From Candidatus Hydrogenedentota bacterium (GTDB lineage Bacteria; Hydrogenedentota; Hydrogenedentia; Hydrogenedentales; JAEUWI01), in the NCBI GenBank assembly GCA_034669905.1, contig JAXMOL010000015.1:64001-128000 (forward strand): a stretch of DNA of 64,000 nucleotides. The letters are read 5' to 3'. Position numbers and translations under genes: made by a program. The notes under the pieces were generated by a model. The model made no database searches and was not told where the DNA came from. It was given only the letters and a program-made list of their open reading frames with translations. Position 1 is the stretch's first letter; every line of letters begins with the position of its first letter. Shown piece by piece: positions 1-10,231 of the stretch.

Positions 1-2824
1 CGGCGTTCCTGCTCATGGCGAGGGCGTAGCGGACGCGCTTAGCCGCCTCCTCTTTCAGGTCTTTCTGCGCGAGAAGGCGTCCGAAATCATACATGATAGT
101 CGGGTTAGCGGGGTCGATTTCCGTGGCCCGTCTGAGGTTTTTCTCAGCATCTTCCAGCGCACCGGTTCTCATCTGGGCCAGTCCCAGGGTATGCAGAACC
201 CCGGCATCACGGGGGCGCTTTTCAGCCGCTATGGCGGCATGGTTCAGGGCCTCTTCGTCATTCCCTCCGGCCAGCAGCAGGGTGTAGGCCAGATTATTCT
301 GAGCCGCAGCACTTTCGGGGGCAACTTCAACGAGCGTGCGATAATCTGCAACCGCTTTATCGTAATCGCCTTGTTGCTCCATCAGGGCCGCGTGCCGGAA
401 AATCGCTTCCGGATACTTCGGTCCCACTTCCAGGGCCTTCTTCACCGCATCCGCCTCGCCCTCGGCATCATCCAGGCTCTTATAGATGTTGGCGAGTCCC
501 AGCCACGAACGGGGGTCGGTCGGAATCGACGCGGCGATGGCCTGCGCCAGTTCCGCTACGTTCTCGACGGAATCCGAACCGGACAGACACTGGTACGCCA
601 GCTGGGCGAGCGCCAGATGGGCCGCCTGGTCTGCGAGGTGATTTTGATAATAGTCCCAGGCAACGTCGTTGAGGCTGCCATTCAACATGGCCACCACCGT
701 CGCGTAGGAGGTCAGCAGAGCCGGATCCGCCGCCATGCGTTCGGACCACCCCCGCTCTTCCTCCGACATGGATGCCGTATCGTCACCCAATGCGCCGGCA
801 AGCAGGGCTCCGAAGAACGGGCCCCCGGCAAGTGGGCGGTTGTCGCCAAGATTCAGGGCATCGCGGGCGGCCACCAGATCACCGGCTTGTACCTGACCGG
901 CACTGAGCATCAACGCCAGACTATCCCCGCGCTGCTCCGTTGGAATGGACTGGGCGATAGTGATTGCACCGGGCCAGTCGCCATCGAGCACGCGGCAAAC
1001 CGCTAACATGGTCGCACGGGCCTGCATTACGGCAGGTGCCGTCGTATTAATCGCTTCCAGCACGTCTTTGGCCTGGTCACAGTCGCCCAAACGAACGAGA
1101 ACCTGACCCAGGATAGACTGCAGTTCCGGGTCCTCGGGAAAGAGGCTGGTGGCGCGGTCGAGCCATTGCAATGCCAGGGCGGGATCCCCGGTATCGAGAT
1201 AAGCCTGACACAAGTATATATGACTCCACTTTTCCTCGGGGAAAAGGGTATAGCTGGCTTCCGCTGCCCGTCGGGCGGCCTCAAAGGATCCCCCTTCCCG
1301 AAGCGCCGCATAATGCATCTGGTGCGCGTCGATATTATCGGGATACATGGCGATGAGCCGCTGCAGGTTCTGGGCCGCGATCATCGGCTGACGCAGGCGG
1401 CGGAATACCTGGGAAATGTTGAACAAGGCGACCCCGTGTTCGGGCCAGCGCTCCAGACAATAGAGAAAGGCAGAGAGCCCCTGCTCCCGGGAACCCCCGG
1501 ACACCATGGCAAAACCGAGGGCGTTGTCACGCAATAGAATCTCTTCGGTCTCTTCGGCCTTCCAGGTCTCGAAATGAGCAGCCACCTTGGCCGCATCCTT
1601 GGAGAAGAATGCGTCCACATAGCCCCGAACGGGATCCCCTTCCGGCAATCCGGCGGCCAACTCCTGGGACAGGGTTGCATCAAAGCCAAACAGCGCAGCC
1701 AGGCTCAGTACCTGACGGGCTTTGTCTCCCCCTTCGGCCAGATAGGTATCCCGACCGGCTATAAGGCGATTGAGTGCCGCCTGCTTCCAGAGGCCCTGCC
1801 AGGTCACCGGCCCCGCCATGACTTCGTTTTTCGGCATGGTCGTGGCAGAATCTTCGTTCCCCGCGGGAGTCGCGGTACCACCGCTTTCCGCATAGGCCAG
1901 GAGATTCTTTATTTCTGCGACCTCGGGGAGGGCCTGGACCGCCTGCTTGAGAAAGGCCGTGGCTTCCTCATAGTCTCCCGCCTGGGATTTCTGAAAGCCT
2001 ACGATGTAGTTTGCCCAGCCGGACGCAGGATCCTGGGCCAGGATATCCCGCGCCAGGGCTTCCGCCTCGTCGACGCGGTTGGCAAGCAAGAGGCTGCGTG
2101 CATATCCCAGTTTGATCCCTTCATCTTCGGGACGGGCCTCAGCCAGACTGGAGAACTGTTCGACGAGTTCGTCTACCCGTCCCTGCGCACGATACACATC
2201 CACGAGGCCCATGTGGGCCGCGAGGGACATGGAAGAGCCGCTTTCGACCAGCGCCTTGAAGACACCTTCCGCTTCGTCGATTTTACCGCCCTTCAGCAAG
2301 GCCGCACCGAGGTTCAGGCTGATTTCTTCGGACTCTGGAAAGGAAGTGGCCAATTGAGTCAGCTCTTCGATGGCCTCGTCTGTACGACCCATTCGGGTCA
2401 GAATGACGGCGCGCAGGGTACCGCCCTGCTCCGACGACTGGGCCGCGTACTCGGCACTCAGCGCCAGGGCATCTTCCATCCTGTCGGCATCAACCAAGAG
2501 GCGGGCCGGCTCGACGTAGGCCTCATCGAGACTGGGGTCCAGGGCAGCGGTTTCCCGGTAGAGCGCCAGGGCGTCGTCTAATTTATCTTCCGCGGCAGCG
2601 CATCGGGCGAGGCCCAATTTTGCCAAGGGGTTATCGGGATTGGCATCAATGGCGGCCTGGTAGGACGCACGGGCATCGGCAATACGATCTTTTTCCCGAA
2701 ACACGTCTCCGGCCACCCGGGCCTGTTCACTCCGACGGTCACTACACCCCACCGCGACAAATAGCATGCAACACAACATGCAGGGGAGCCCCCACTGCTT
2801 ATACAGTCGATTTAACATATCCAT
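1..2824 (-). CDS. Large TPR-repeat lipoprotein (>940 aa, runs off the left edge), PrsT-like, exosortase/EPS-associated
   Basis: Absent from the ORF track because there is no stop in the window. Hand translation from ATG 2824 (RBS GGAAGGAAG) gives MDMLNRLYKQWGLPCMLCCMLFVAVGC (lipobox-like AVGC), then TPR motifs such as ARASYQAAIDANPDNPLAKLGLA, AAAQNNLAYTLL and LHTLGLAQMRTG. Confidence 0.85.
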   Translation of the reverse strand, partial: MDMLNRLYKQWGLPCMLCCMLFVAVGCSDRRSEQARVAGDVFREKDRIADARASYQAAIDANPDNPLAKLGLARCAAAEDKLDDALALYRETAALDPSLDEAYVEPARLLVDADRMEDALALSAEYAAQSSEQGGTLRAVILTRMGRTDEAIEELTQLATSFPESEEISLNLGAALLKGGKIDEAEGVFKALVESGSSMSLAAHMGLVDVYRAQGRVDELVEQFSSLAEARPEDEGIKLGYARSLLLANRVDEAEALARDILAQDPASGWANYIVGFQKSQAGDYEEATAFLKQAVQALPEVAEIKNLLAYAESGGTATPAGNEDSATTMPKNEVMAGPVTWQGLWKQAALNRLIAGRDTYLAEGGDKARQVLSLAALFGFDATLSQELAAGLPEGDPVRGYVDAFFSKDAAKVAAHFETWKAEETEEILLRDNALGFAMVSGGSREQGLSAFLYCLERWPEHGVALFNISQVFRRLRQPMIAAQNLQRLIAMYPDNIDAHQMHYAALREGGSFEAARRAAEASYTLFPEEKWSHIYLCQAYLDTGDPALALQWLDRATSLFPEDPELQSILGQVLVRLGDCDQAKDVLEAINTTAPAVMQARATMLAVCRVLDGDWPGAITIAQSIPTEQRGDSLALMLSAGQVQAGDLVAARDALNLGDNRPLAGGPFFGALLAGALGDDTASMSEEERGWSERMAADPALLTSYATVVAMLNGSLNDVAWDYYQNHLADQAAHLALAQLAYQCLSGSDSVENVAELAQAIAASIPTDPRSWLGLANIYKSLDDAEGEADAVKKALEVGPKYPEAIFRHAALMEQQGDYDKAVADYRTLVEVAPESAAAQNNLAYTLLLAGGNDEEALNHAAIAAEKRPRDAGVLHTLGLAQMRTGALEDAEKNLRRATEIDPANPTIMYDFGRLLAQKDLKEEAAKRVRYALAMSRNA

Positions 2825-2840
2825 GGTCTTCCTTCCCAAT

Positions 2841-3479
2841 TTATTTAATGTTCTCTCGCAAACTCGGAGCCATGCGCAGCGCCAGCTCATCCAGTGCGGC
2901 GAAGGTCCGCTCTTCGGCCTCATCACCTGCTCCCCGAATGGGCATGCTGAGTTTAATCATGGTGGAGGTGGGGGTACCAAATTTCAGTTGCTCTCCCCCC
3001 CAGTAGAGGGCATTCATAAACGGATTACCCGTAAACTTATCTCCTGTCTTAAACCAGTACAGGACGGCTTCTTTCTTGTCTCCCTGGAAAATCACCAGGC
3101 GTTTTGCCCGGAACTCCATCCCGACCGGTGCGGCGTAGGCTTTCTCTACCTCCCAACCTTGCCCGACCAGGCAAACCTCCGGAAAGTGCAGGCTCCGACG
3201 TTTCTGACCGGCATACACCACGGTGACCAACACGGGCAACCCGCTTGGGGAAATATAGTGGCGCATTAGAATGGAGGAGGTTTCCAGAATTCGCCGCACT
3301 TCGTCACCTGGATCAATGTCCTCCCCATATTGACGATAGGGCCCGATGCGGGCAGGTAGATCGAGGTTGGGCGCATCAACATCCGCTGCGGCGGCGGCAT
3401 CCTGTTTTTCCGTAATAATCAAATGCAGGACGGTAGTGATCGTGAAGACGGCAAAGGCTATGAAATAGTGCTTCTTCAT
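2841..3479 (-). CDS. epsI: EpsI-family exosortase-associated protein
   Basis: N-terminal TM segment, LPARIGPY, SLHFPEVCLVGQGW (H-x-P-x-x-C-x-x-G-x-GW) and VLYWF; overlaps the exosortase stop by 4 nt. Confidence 0.85.
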   Translation of the reverse strand: MKKHYFIAFAVFTITTVLHLIITEKQDAAAAADVDAPNLDLPARIGPYRQYGEDIDPGDEVRRILETSSILMRHYISPSGLPVLVTVVYAGQKRRSLHFPEVCLVGQGWEVEKAYAAPVGMEFRAKRLVIFQGDKKEAVLYWFKTGDKFTGNPFMNALYWGGEQLKFGTPTSTMIKLSMPIRGAGDEAEERTFAALDELALRMAPSLRENIK

Positions 3480-4402
3480 GAATTCTTGTCCTCCTTGCTG
3501 AGTTCTGGAGCAAATCGCCGAAGCAGGGCCTCTACGCTGAAGAGCATGACAAAGGCAACCGCGAAGATACCGATGCCTGAAACGTCGTGTACCGTACCGG
3601 TCGCGGTTTCACTACCCCACACATAACCAACGATACAGAGAAAGAAAATGCGGGAGACATTGGCCAGAATGGCAATGGCGGGGGACAGCAGGAGAATGAG
3701 AATCTTCGCCCACCACCGCGCTTTGGACATATAGGCCATGAGGGCACCGAAGGCGAGCAGGGCAATCAGGGACCGCATACCGCCACAGACATCGCCAACC
3801 AGAAGTCGGTCGTCGGCACCGAGGTACACATAGGAGCCGTCTTGTACCATGTGGAGTGTCAACAATTGGCCCAGTTTCACCGCCGACTCCGTCGCGAGCA
3901 TCTTGCTCTGAAACGATATGCCGGAAATGATGGAATAGGGCATGGGAATCATGAAGAACAAGAACAACAAGGGAAACCACAGTATCCGAAGTTGCTGACT
4001 ACCCATGAGCACCAGGCACAGACCCGCCAGCACCGGCAGGAGCGCGAGATGCACAAAGGTCATGAAGCCGAGAAAGTCCCCCAGCAACAACATGAGGCAG
4101 CCACCAAACAGAACGGGATACCCCCACCAGGAGGGAACTATCGGTGCCGCCAGCAGGGGAGCGCGGAGTCGCCAGACGAAAAAGAGGCTGATGGGCGGAA
4201 TCAACATCGCATGGGAGTACAAGGACTCTGGGAGATTCCAGTTATGGTAGATGTCGATGAAGGAGCGGGCGAAGGCCAGCCCAACCAGCACCACGGTAAG
4301 GCCCAGCACTGCCAGCACCTGGGTCCGCTTTGTGTTCCAGAAGCGGTCAAGTGTCGGCCTTTGAGCTACCCCGCCAAAGGCGGCTGCCTGACTCTCACTC
4401 AT
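3476..4402 (-). CDS. xrt: Exosortase (EpsH/Xrt family transpeptidase)
   Basis: Multi-TM protein with YSHAMLIPPIS, catalytic Cys in VGDVCGGMRSL, Arg in ANVSRIF and His in VHDVSG. Confidence 0.9.
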   Translation of the reverse strand: MSESQAAAFGGVAQRPTLDRFWNTKRTQVLAVLGLTVVLVGLAFARSFIDIYHNWNLPESLYSHAMLIPPISLFFVWRLRAPLLAAPIVPSWWGYPVLFGGCLMLLLGDFLGFMTFVHLALLPVLAGLCLVLMGSQQLRILWFPLLFLFFMIPMPYSIISGISFQSKMLATESAVKLGQLLTLHMVQDGSYVYLGADDRLLVGDVCGGMRSLIALLAFGALMAYMSKARWWAKILILLLSPAIAILANVSRIFFLCIVGYVWGSETATGTVHDVSGIGIFAVAFVMLFSVEALLRRFAPELSKEDKNS

Positions 4403-7400
4403 TGCTCAGCCCTCGCTTTCAAGATCTCTTCCAGGGCTTCGATACGACCTGCAATCCCGCTGGGCGTATCGGACGCCCCCGAACTGGCCATGCGAAGGTA
4501 CCGCGTAGCACCATCCGTATCGCCGGTTTCGAGGAGTGCCTCGGCCATGGTAATGGCGTCCCGCGCTTCCAGGGCTCCCGTGAGATCACTGAGACGACGC
4601 AGGTCGTTGACGGCCCCCGACGAATCACCACTGCGCTGGCGCAATGCCGCCCGCAAACTGAGATAATGGGGAGCCTCGTTTATCGCAATCGCCTGATCGA
4701 GGTCACCCATCGCCGCCTCGATCCCGCCAGCTGAACGGGAGCGCAGGGCCGCACGCTGATAAAAAACCTGTGCGTCCTGCTGGTTCAGCGACGTGGTTTC
4801 CGCCAGCCGGCCGGCCAGATACCGATCACAGAGTGCGATAGCAACCCCGTCATTTCCCATGCGAACCTGACTATCAATATTGCCAAGCTGGGCCGGCGTA
4901 TATCCGGGCATCAACAGCAGCGCCTGCGTGAAGGCCGATGAGGCCTCGCTCAGGGATTCCTGAGAACCACTACCCAACAATATCTGGCCGAGAAATACCC
5001 ATGGCTCTGGCGAATCAGGGCCTTGCTCATCAATATAGGTCCGGACAAGACGCACTGCCTCGTCATACTGACTCCGTTGCATTAATGACTTTGCGAGGCT
5101 GTTTACCGCGCCATAGTCTGCGGGATTCTCGGCCAACCGTTCGCGCAGGCGTGTCTCCGCCTCTTCATAGTGGCCCGCTTCCAGATCCAGAAAGTCGCGC
5201 AACTCGTCAATCAGGTTTTCTCTGTCCGGACGGGTCGATACCAACTCCGAATAGCGTTCGAACATGTTCTCTGCCTTACGTCGCAGTTGCAGACGGGAAT
5301 AGATCCGCACCAGCAATTGCATCGCGCGTTCATCGTTGGCATCCTGGTTCAGCGCCTGCTCGATAGCGCTCCGGGCGGCATTCATGTCACCAGAACGCAT
5401 CGCCGCATCGGCGATCAGGTGCAAGGCACCCCGGTTTTCCGGGGCGCGCTCCGACACCTCTTCCGCCAATTCCCGTGCACGGTCATACTGACCCCGAAGC
5501 AACGCGACCTCGGCGGCCATAATCCTGGCATCGTCAATGTAGGAGGAGTCCTCGGAAATTTTTTCCACGACAGTAAGAACGGCTTCCAGATTCGGGGGCG
5601 TCTCGCGCAAGAGCTCGCGCGCCTTGAGCACGAGCAGGCCGTCGTGTTCGGGTTCTTCCGCCCTCACCTTTTCCAGCAGCGCTTCCGCCGCCGCTTTATC
5701 CTCCATCAGCAGACGCTGGGCGACAACGATACGTATCCGATTCAACTCCGTTCGCACGTCGTCACGGTCACCCAGTTTTTCTTCTGCAATTGCCAGGCGA
5801 GCCACCGCGGCTTCAACCGACTCATGCTGTAGCGCCAGTTCGATTCCGAGGAGTAGCAAGTCCTGGGCGCCATCGTCGAGATTGTCGAGAGAAATATACC
5901 GGTCCAGTATCTGCTCCGCCGCGGAGTAATAACCCCGCTGGGAGAACCTCAGACTCCAGCGCTTTGCTTCAGCAACATCCGTATCGCTCAACGTTTCATT
6001 CGCCACCGCAACGGCACCCGCTTCGTCGCCCTGAAGCAACAGCAAGTTCGCGCGCAGGAACCCGAAAACGGTCGGGTCGATGCCATGTTTCAAGGCTTCC
6101 GCGATGACGACTTCAACCTTCTCAAAGTCCCCCGATTCGAGATAGAACCCTGCCAGCGCCTGGTGGCCCCGCACTTCGTTCGGACGGACCTTTACGGCAT
6201 GCTGTGCCAGTTGCAGCGCCAATTCCTTGTCACTCTCATCCCCTACCTGCAACAAATCCTGTGCCGTGATAAGCAGGTCATCCAACAGGGCTTCGTCGTT
6301 CCCCAAAAGCCGGTTCGCCTCAATGCGCAATTGCACCACGGACCGATCACGATCGAATGCCCGTGTCCACATTTGCCGGGCCATCGTATCCGTTGGGTTA
6401 TTCCGCATATAGAGTTCCAGCGACACACGGGCTGCCTGCCGGGATTCTTCTCCCGGTATCTGCAACTGAGAAAGGGCAAGATAGTATCGGGAGCGCTGCA
6501 GATTGGGATTCATTTCCACGGCCATGTTGAAGTGATCTCTTGCCGTTTCATACTCGTTCCGGGCGAAGGCCACCCGACCACTCAGGTATTCACCCATGGG
6601 GATCTGGTTGGGATAAGCGCTCAGATAGGTCTCGCGAATCTTGTCGGCCTCCTCCCAATCGCCCTGGGCCAGCAAGACCTCCATCTGAAACAGCATAATT
6701 CCCGGAGCATCAACCCGAATCTGAGGATCCAGGTTGCTGATGTACTCGATAGCTTCATCGCGCCGGCCCAGACGTTCCAGCGCACCCAGATAGTTGAGAT
6801 GAAGATCGGACCGCTTCGGGTCGCGGGCGATGGCCTCTTTGGAAAGGGCGAGCACTTCGTCATGTTTTTCTTGACGGTTCTTCAGGCGCAGCACGGCCAT
6901 CACGACTTCCATATCGGCCTGCGCCACATCGACCGATTCGGGAAGATAGGGAATCGCTTCCTCTACATTTCCATCGTCGATGAGATAATTGGCATAGTTC
7001 GCCGCCACAACCGGGTCATTCGGGTGCGCTTCCAGTTCTCCCTTGAGCAAGGCGACCGCCCGGGAGTCCTGCTCCTGGCCCCGAAGTATCCGGGCCAATC
7101 TCAGCGGAACATCTTCACGGGGCGCATCGGCATTTTCGAGATAGGCCTGGAAAGCCTCAATCGCATCATTCGTCCGGCCTTGCTCATGGATCGAAATTGC
7201 CTGAAGATAGGCCACATCGAGCCGGTCTGGCTCAGCGCGTAATACAGACGAAGCCAGCGAATCCAGGTCGTCCCAGAATTGGTGCCGACGGTAGAATTCC
7301 ATCAACTGATCGCGCCGCTCTCCTCCCGAGGGTGCCTTTTCCATCAGATTATAGTAGGCCTGACCGGCTTCGGTGAGATTTCGTCGACGATTATCGAGCT

Positions 7401-7644
7401 GACTCAAACACAGGTCGGCGTAGCGTTGCAAAATCTCGACGTCATCCGGATTAATATAGAGATATTCCCGAAAGAGACGTTTGGCTTCGCCCACCCTGTT
7501 GGCCGCCGCGGCCTCGTTGGCCAGGGCCAGGTTTTGACCCGCCCGATATTGGGGCCACAAGAAGAAAAATGCGCCAACTGCTGCAACTCCCAAGAGCAGT
7601 AACAGCACGACACCCGTAATTAGGAACCATATTTTTTTGGACAT
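4399..7644 (-). CDS. Membrane-anchored giant TPR-repeat protein (1081 aa), PrsT-like
   Basis: N-terminal TM anchor followed by helical repeats (ARDHFNMAVEMNPNLQRSRYYLALS, PEPWVFLGQIL, AFTQALLLMPGYTPAQLG); translationally coupled to xrt. Confidence 0.85.
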   Translation of the reverse strand: MSKKIWFLITGVVLLLLLGVAAVGAFFFLWPQYRAGQNLALANEAAAANRVGEAKRLFREYLYINPDDVEILQRYADLCLSQLDNRRRNLTEAGQAYYNLMEKAPSGGERRDQLMEFYRRHQFWDDLDSLASSVLRAEPDRLDVAYLQAISIHEQGRTNDAIEAFQAYLENADAPREDVPLRLARILRGQEQDSRAVALLKGELEAHPNDPVVAANYANYLIDDGNVEEAIPYLPESVDVAQADMEVVMAVLRLKNRQEKHDEVLALSKEAIARDPKRSDLHLNYLGALERLGRRDEAIEYISNLDPQIRVDAPGIMLFQMEVLLAQGDWEEADKIRETYLSAYPNQIPMGEYLSGRVAFARNEYETARDHFNMAVEMNPNLQRSRYYLALSQLQIPGEESRQAARVSLELYMRNNPTDTMARQMWTRAFDRDRSVVQLRIEANRLLGNDEALLDDLLITAQDLLQVGDESDKELALQLAQHAVKVRPNEVRGHQALAGFYLESGDFEKVEVVIAEALKHGIDPTVFGFLRANLLLLQGDEAGAVAVANETLSDTDVAEAKRWSLRFSQRGYYSAAEQILDRYISLDNLDDGAQDLLLLGIELALQHESVEAAVARLAIAEEKLGDRDDVRTELNRIRIVVAQRLLMEDKAAAEALLEKVRAEEPEHDGLLVLKARELLRETPPNLEAVLTVVEKISEDSSYIDDARIMAAEVALLRGQYDRARELAEEVSERAPENRGALHLIADAAMRSGDMNAARSAIEQALNQDANDERAMQLLVRIYSRLQLRRKAENMFERYSELVSTRPDRENLIDELRDFLDLEAGHYEEAETRLRERLAENPADYGAVNSLAKSLMQRSQYDEAVRLVRTYIDEQGPDSPEPWVFLGQILLGSGSQESLSEASSAFTQALLLMPGYTPAQLGNIDSQVRMGNDGVAIALCDRYLAGRLAETTSLNQQDAQVFYQRAALRSRSAGGIEAAMGDLDQAIAINEAPHYLSLRAALRQRSGDSSGAVNDLRRLSDLTGALEARDAITMAEALLETGDTDGATRYLRMASSGASDTPSGIAGRIEALEEILKARAEQ

Positions 7645-7899
7645 AACTTCCCCTGCGGTTTTAACAACACACCCACTATCTGATTGGGATGGTGGCTGTG
7701 GCCGAGCCGGATTCAGCGACCGGGCATCTCTTAACTACCTTGACCGTGTCTCCACCGCGCAACGCGGAGACGTCTCACACACAATACTGCTTCATTCTCA
7801 GGGCAACTGTCACAGGGACATTCGGGTACGACCCGAGCGCTTTGCACTTACTGGTTCCCGATCGGGCGCAAACAGGGCGCCGTGACGCGCGCACCAGAC

Positions 7900-10227
7900 C
7901 TATTGCTCTTTCTCATCGAAGGGTAACAACACGACTTCGGCTTCGACCGGCTCTGGTGCCTCTTCATCGAGCACGTTAATATCTGGAATGACCCCTTCCA
8001 CTGCCTCGATTTCTTCCGACGCATCCCGGTCGGTATAGGCGTAGAACAGACTCTGATTCTTTTTCAGATAGCCGCCACGAAGGCTGCGAATTCCGTTGAG
8101 TGCAATACCAATCACATTGGCACGAAGCTGCTCCATATCCCGCAGGCAGCGACTGACCATACCCAGCGTAGATGTACCGACCCCCACGACGAATAAGACG
8201 CCGTCCATCGCAGGTGCCAGGAGCTTGGCGTCGGACATAAGCAAGAGGGGGGGCGTGTCGACGATGATATGATCAAAGTGCTCGTCGGCCCATTCCATGA
8301 AGTCCATCATCTCACGGGAGGCCAATCGGCCGGCGAGGCCATTGGCATCCGTTCCGGGACCGACGATGCCCAGGTTCTCAAAGGCCGTACGGCGAATCAA
8401 ATCTTCCCGGGATTCTTTGTTCTGCAGCAATTCGGACAGGCCGGGGCCGGGCGTCAACCCGAATTTTCGCTCAATATCCGGCTTTTGCGAGCTGAGGTCT
8501 ATCAGCAAGACCCGACGATTGGCCTGTTCGAGGGCCACAGCGAGGTTGGCCGCGATTGAGGTCTTCCCTTCCTTGGTGCTGGCACTCACCACCAGCAAGG
8601 AACTGATTTCGGCGGCGTTGTCTTCGGGGAAGAGTATGCGCGCCAGAATGCGCCGATATTCATCGGCCACCGTAGAGTTCGGGTGTTGGGCCATCAACAT
8701 GGCACAATCCACCCCTCCCAGGAACCGGTCTTCGTTGAGGTGGGGAATCGACGCGATGGTCGGCAGATCAGAGATCCGCGCTACGTCCTGCCGGGTTCGA
8801 ACTTGTTGATCGAGCAGTTCCCGTGCCACGCCATAGAGAAGGCCGAGACCAAAAGCGGCAATAACACCCATAGCCGCGAGTACCAGTTTCGCTTTCCGAT
8901 CTTTTCCGGGGGGGGCATAGGGTGTGGAAGCGATGCGCACCCGCGCGGGTGCGTTCTGGTCCAGCTGCATTTTACGCACTTGCGCTTCAAGCCCGGCGAT
9001 GAACTGCCGGTTCCCCTCTGCCCGCTCCTTCATCATCAGCACGCGCGCACGTTCTTCTGACACCAGCTCGAGGTTATCCTGTTGGCGCTTCACAAAGGCG
9101 TCATACCGCTCCTTGTAATCGACCAGGCTTGCCTTCTCATCTTCCACGGCCCGCTTCGCTGTGTCCAGGCGCAAATTCAATTGCCCCCGCGTGGTGTTCA
9201 GGGCATCCTGACGCGCTATCGCCTCTTTTTCTGCGACGCTGGCGCGCACCGTATCCAGTTCCCGTTGGGCCGCGGTGAGGGCAGGATGCCCCTCACGGTG
9301 ACTCTGCTTCATGGAGCGCACGCGGTTTTCGTAGGCATTCAATTCAGAAAGCGTGGCGGTCACGCGGGGGTCTGACTTGACGCGCGCCTCAATATCAAAC
9401 TCGTAAATGGGTGTGTTGGTCTGGGTGGCTGCCTGCTGCTGCAACATCTCCAGTCGGGCAATATTCTCTTCTATGTCCGCGACCTGATTTTCTGCGGCCG
9501 AAACGCGCTCCTGGGCGGTCAGCCACTTGTCGCGATACTGCTCGGCTTCCTTGCTTTCTTCCGGCGTACCGCCCATCATGGGACCCAACGCCCCTTCCGT
9601 TTCCTGGATCTGCCGACGCAACACGTCCAATTCCGCGGTCCGAACATCGATGGCCTTGTTGAGTACCGCAAGCTGGTCGGTGTCCGCACCTGAGGCCTCT
9701 TCGATAGCGATCTTGTGATAGATGTCGATGACGTGGCTCAGCACGAGCAGGGCTTCAGAGCGGGATTTCATCGTGCAATACACGTTGACCAGTTCGCTGT
9801 TGCGCACGACGGACGTGCTCAGCGTACCATTGATATAGGCGAACTTATCTTCTGCAGCGGCCACTTCTTTCAGTTGCTGCACTTCAGGAATCTTGAGCAC
9901 TTCCCCCAGGACTTCGTGCCCCTTGAGTCGGGCCAATTCTGTCCCCACGAAGGTACCGTAGTTGACGGTTGGCCCGCCACTCCTTCCGGAATCCAGGATA
10001 CCGGCCACGACAGAGCGAAACTGAATCACCGCAGAAGCGGTATACACATCGGGGGCGGCAAACCAGCCCACGACCGCAAAGGGCACGCAGAGGAGCGACC
10101 CGATAATAATTACCGAGAGCAGACGCAGACTGATGAAGCGTTTCACGTCGAAGTGCAGACCGGGAGATCGCGTGGTGGATCGCTCGGGTGCAAAGTCATC
10201 GACTACCGTGGAGAAATCTCTGGACAT
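7900..10227 (-). CDS. wzc: Polysaccharide co-polymerase / tyrosine autokinase (Wzc/GumC-like)
   Basis: TM, coiled coil, TM, then a BY-kinase domain: Walker A SASTKEGKTS, A' VLLIDLS, Walker B IIVDTPP; short Tyr-containing tail. Confidence 0.9.
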   Translation of the reverse strand: MSRDFSTVVDDFAPERSTTRSPGLHFDVKRFISLRLLSVIIIGSLLCVPFAVVGWFAAPDVYTASAVIQFRSVVAGILDSGRSGGPTVNYGTFVGTELARLKGHEVLGEVLKIPEVQQLKEVAAAEDKFAYINGTLSTSVVRNSELVNVYCTMKSRSEALLVLSHVIDIYHKIAIEEASGADTDQLAVLNKAIDVRTAELDVLRRQIQETEGALGPMMGGTPEESKEAEQYRDKWLTAQERVSAAENQVADIEENIARLEMLQQQAATQTNTPIYEFDIEARVKSDPRVTATLSELNAYENRVRSMKQSHREGHPALTAAQRELDTVRASVAEKEAIARQDALNTTRGQLNLRLDTAKRAVEDEKASLVDYKERYDAFVKRQQDNLELVSEERARVLMMKERAEGNRQFIAGLEAQVRKMQLDQNAPARVRIASTPYAPPGKDRKAKLVLAAMGVIAAFGLGLLYGVARELLDQQVRTRQDVARISDLPTIASIPHLNEDRFLGGVDCAMLMAQHPNSTVADEYRRILARILFPEDNAAEISSLLVVSASTKEGKTSIAANLAVALEQANRRVLLIDLSSQKPDIERKFGLTPGPGLSELLQNKESREDLIRRTAFENLGIVGPGTDANGLAGRLASREMMDFMEWADEHFDHIIVDTPPLLLMSDAKLLAPAMDGVLFVVGVGTSTLGMVSRCLRDMEQLRANVIGIALNGIRSLRGGYLKKNQSLFYAYTDRDASEEIEAVEGVIPDINVLDEEAPEPVEAEVVLLPFDEKEQ

Positions 10228-10231
10228 AAGC

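Noticed and set aside
1720..1870. Apparent frameshifted segment in the left-edge TPR gene
   Set aside because: Re-translation shows a continuous frame (AESGGTATPAGNEDSATTMPKNEVMAGPVTWQGLWKQ); it is only a linker.
7867..7882. Possible internal sigma54 promoter CGGCGCCCTGTTTGCG before the TPR-xrt genes
   Set aside because: The spacing is right but the -24 match is weak, and such matches arise by chance in GC-rich DNA; worth checking only if a TSS maps near 7855.
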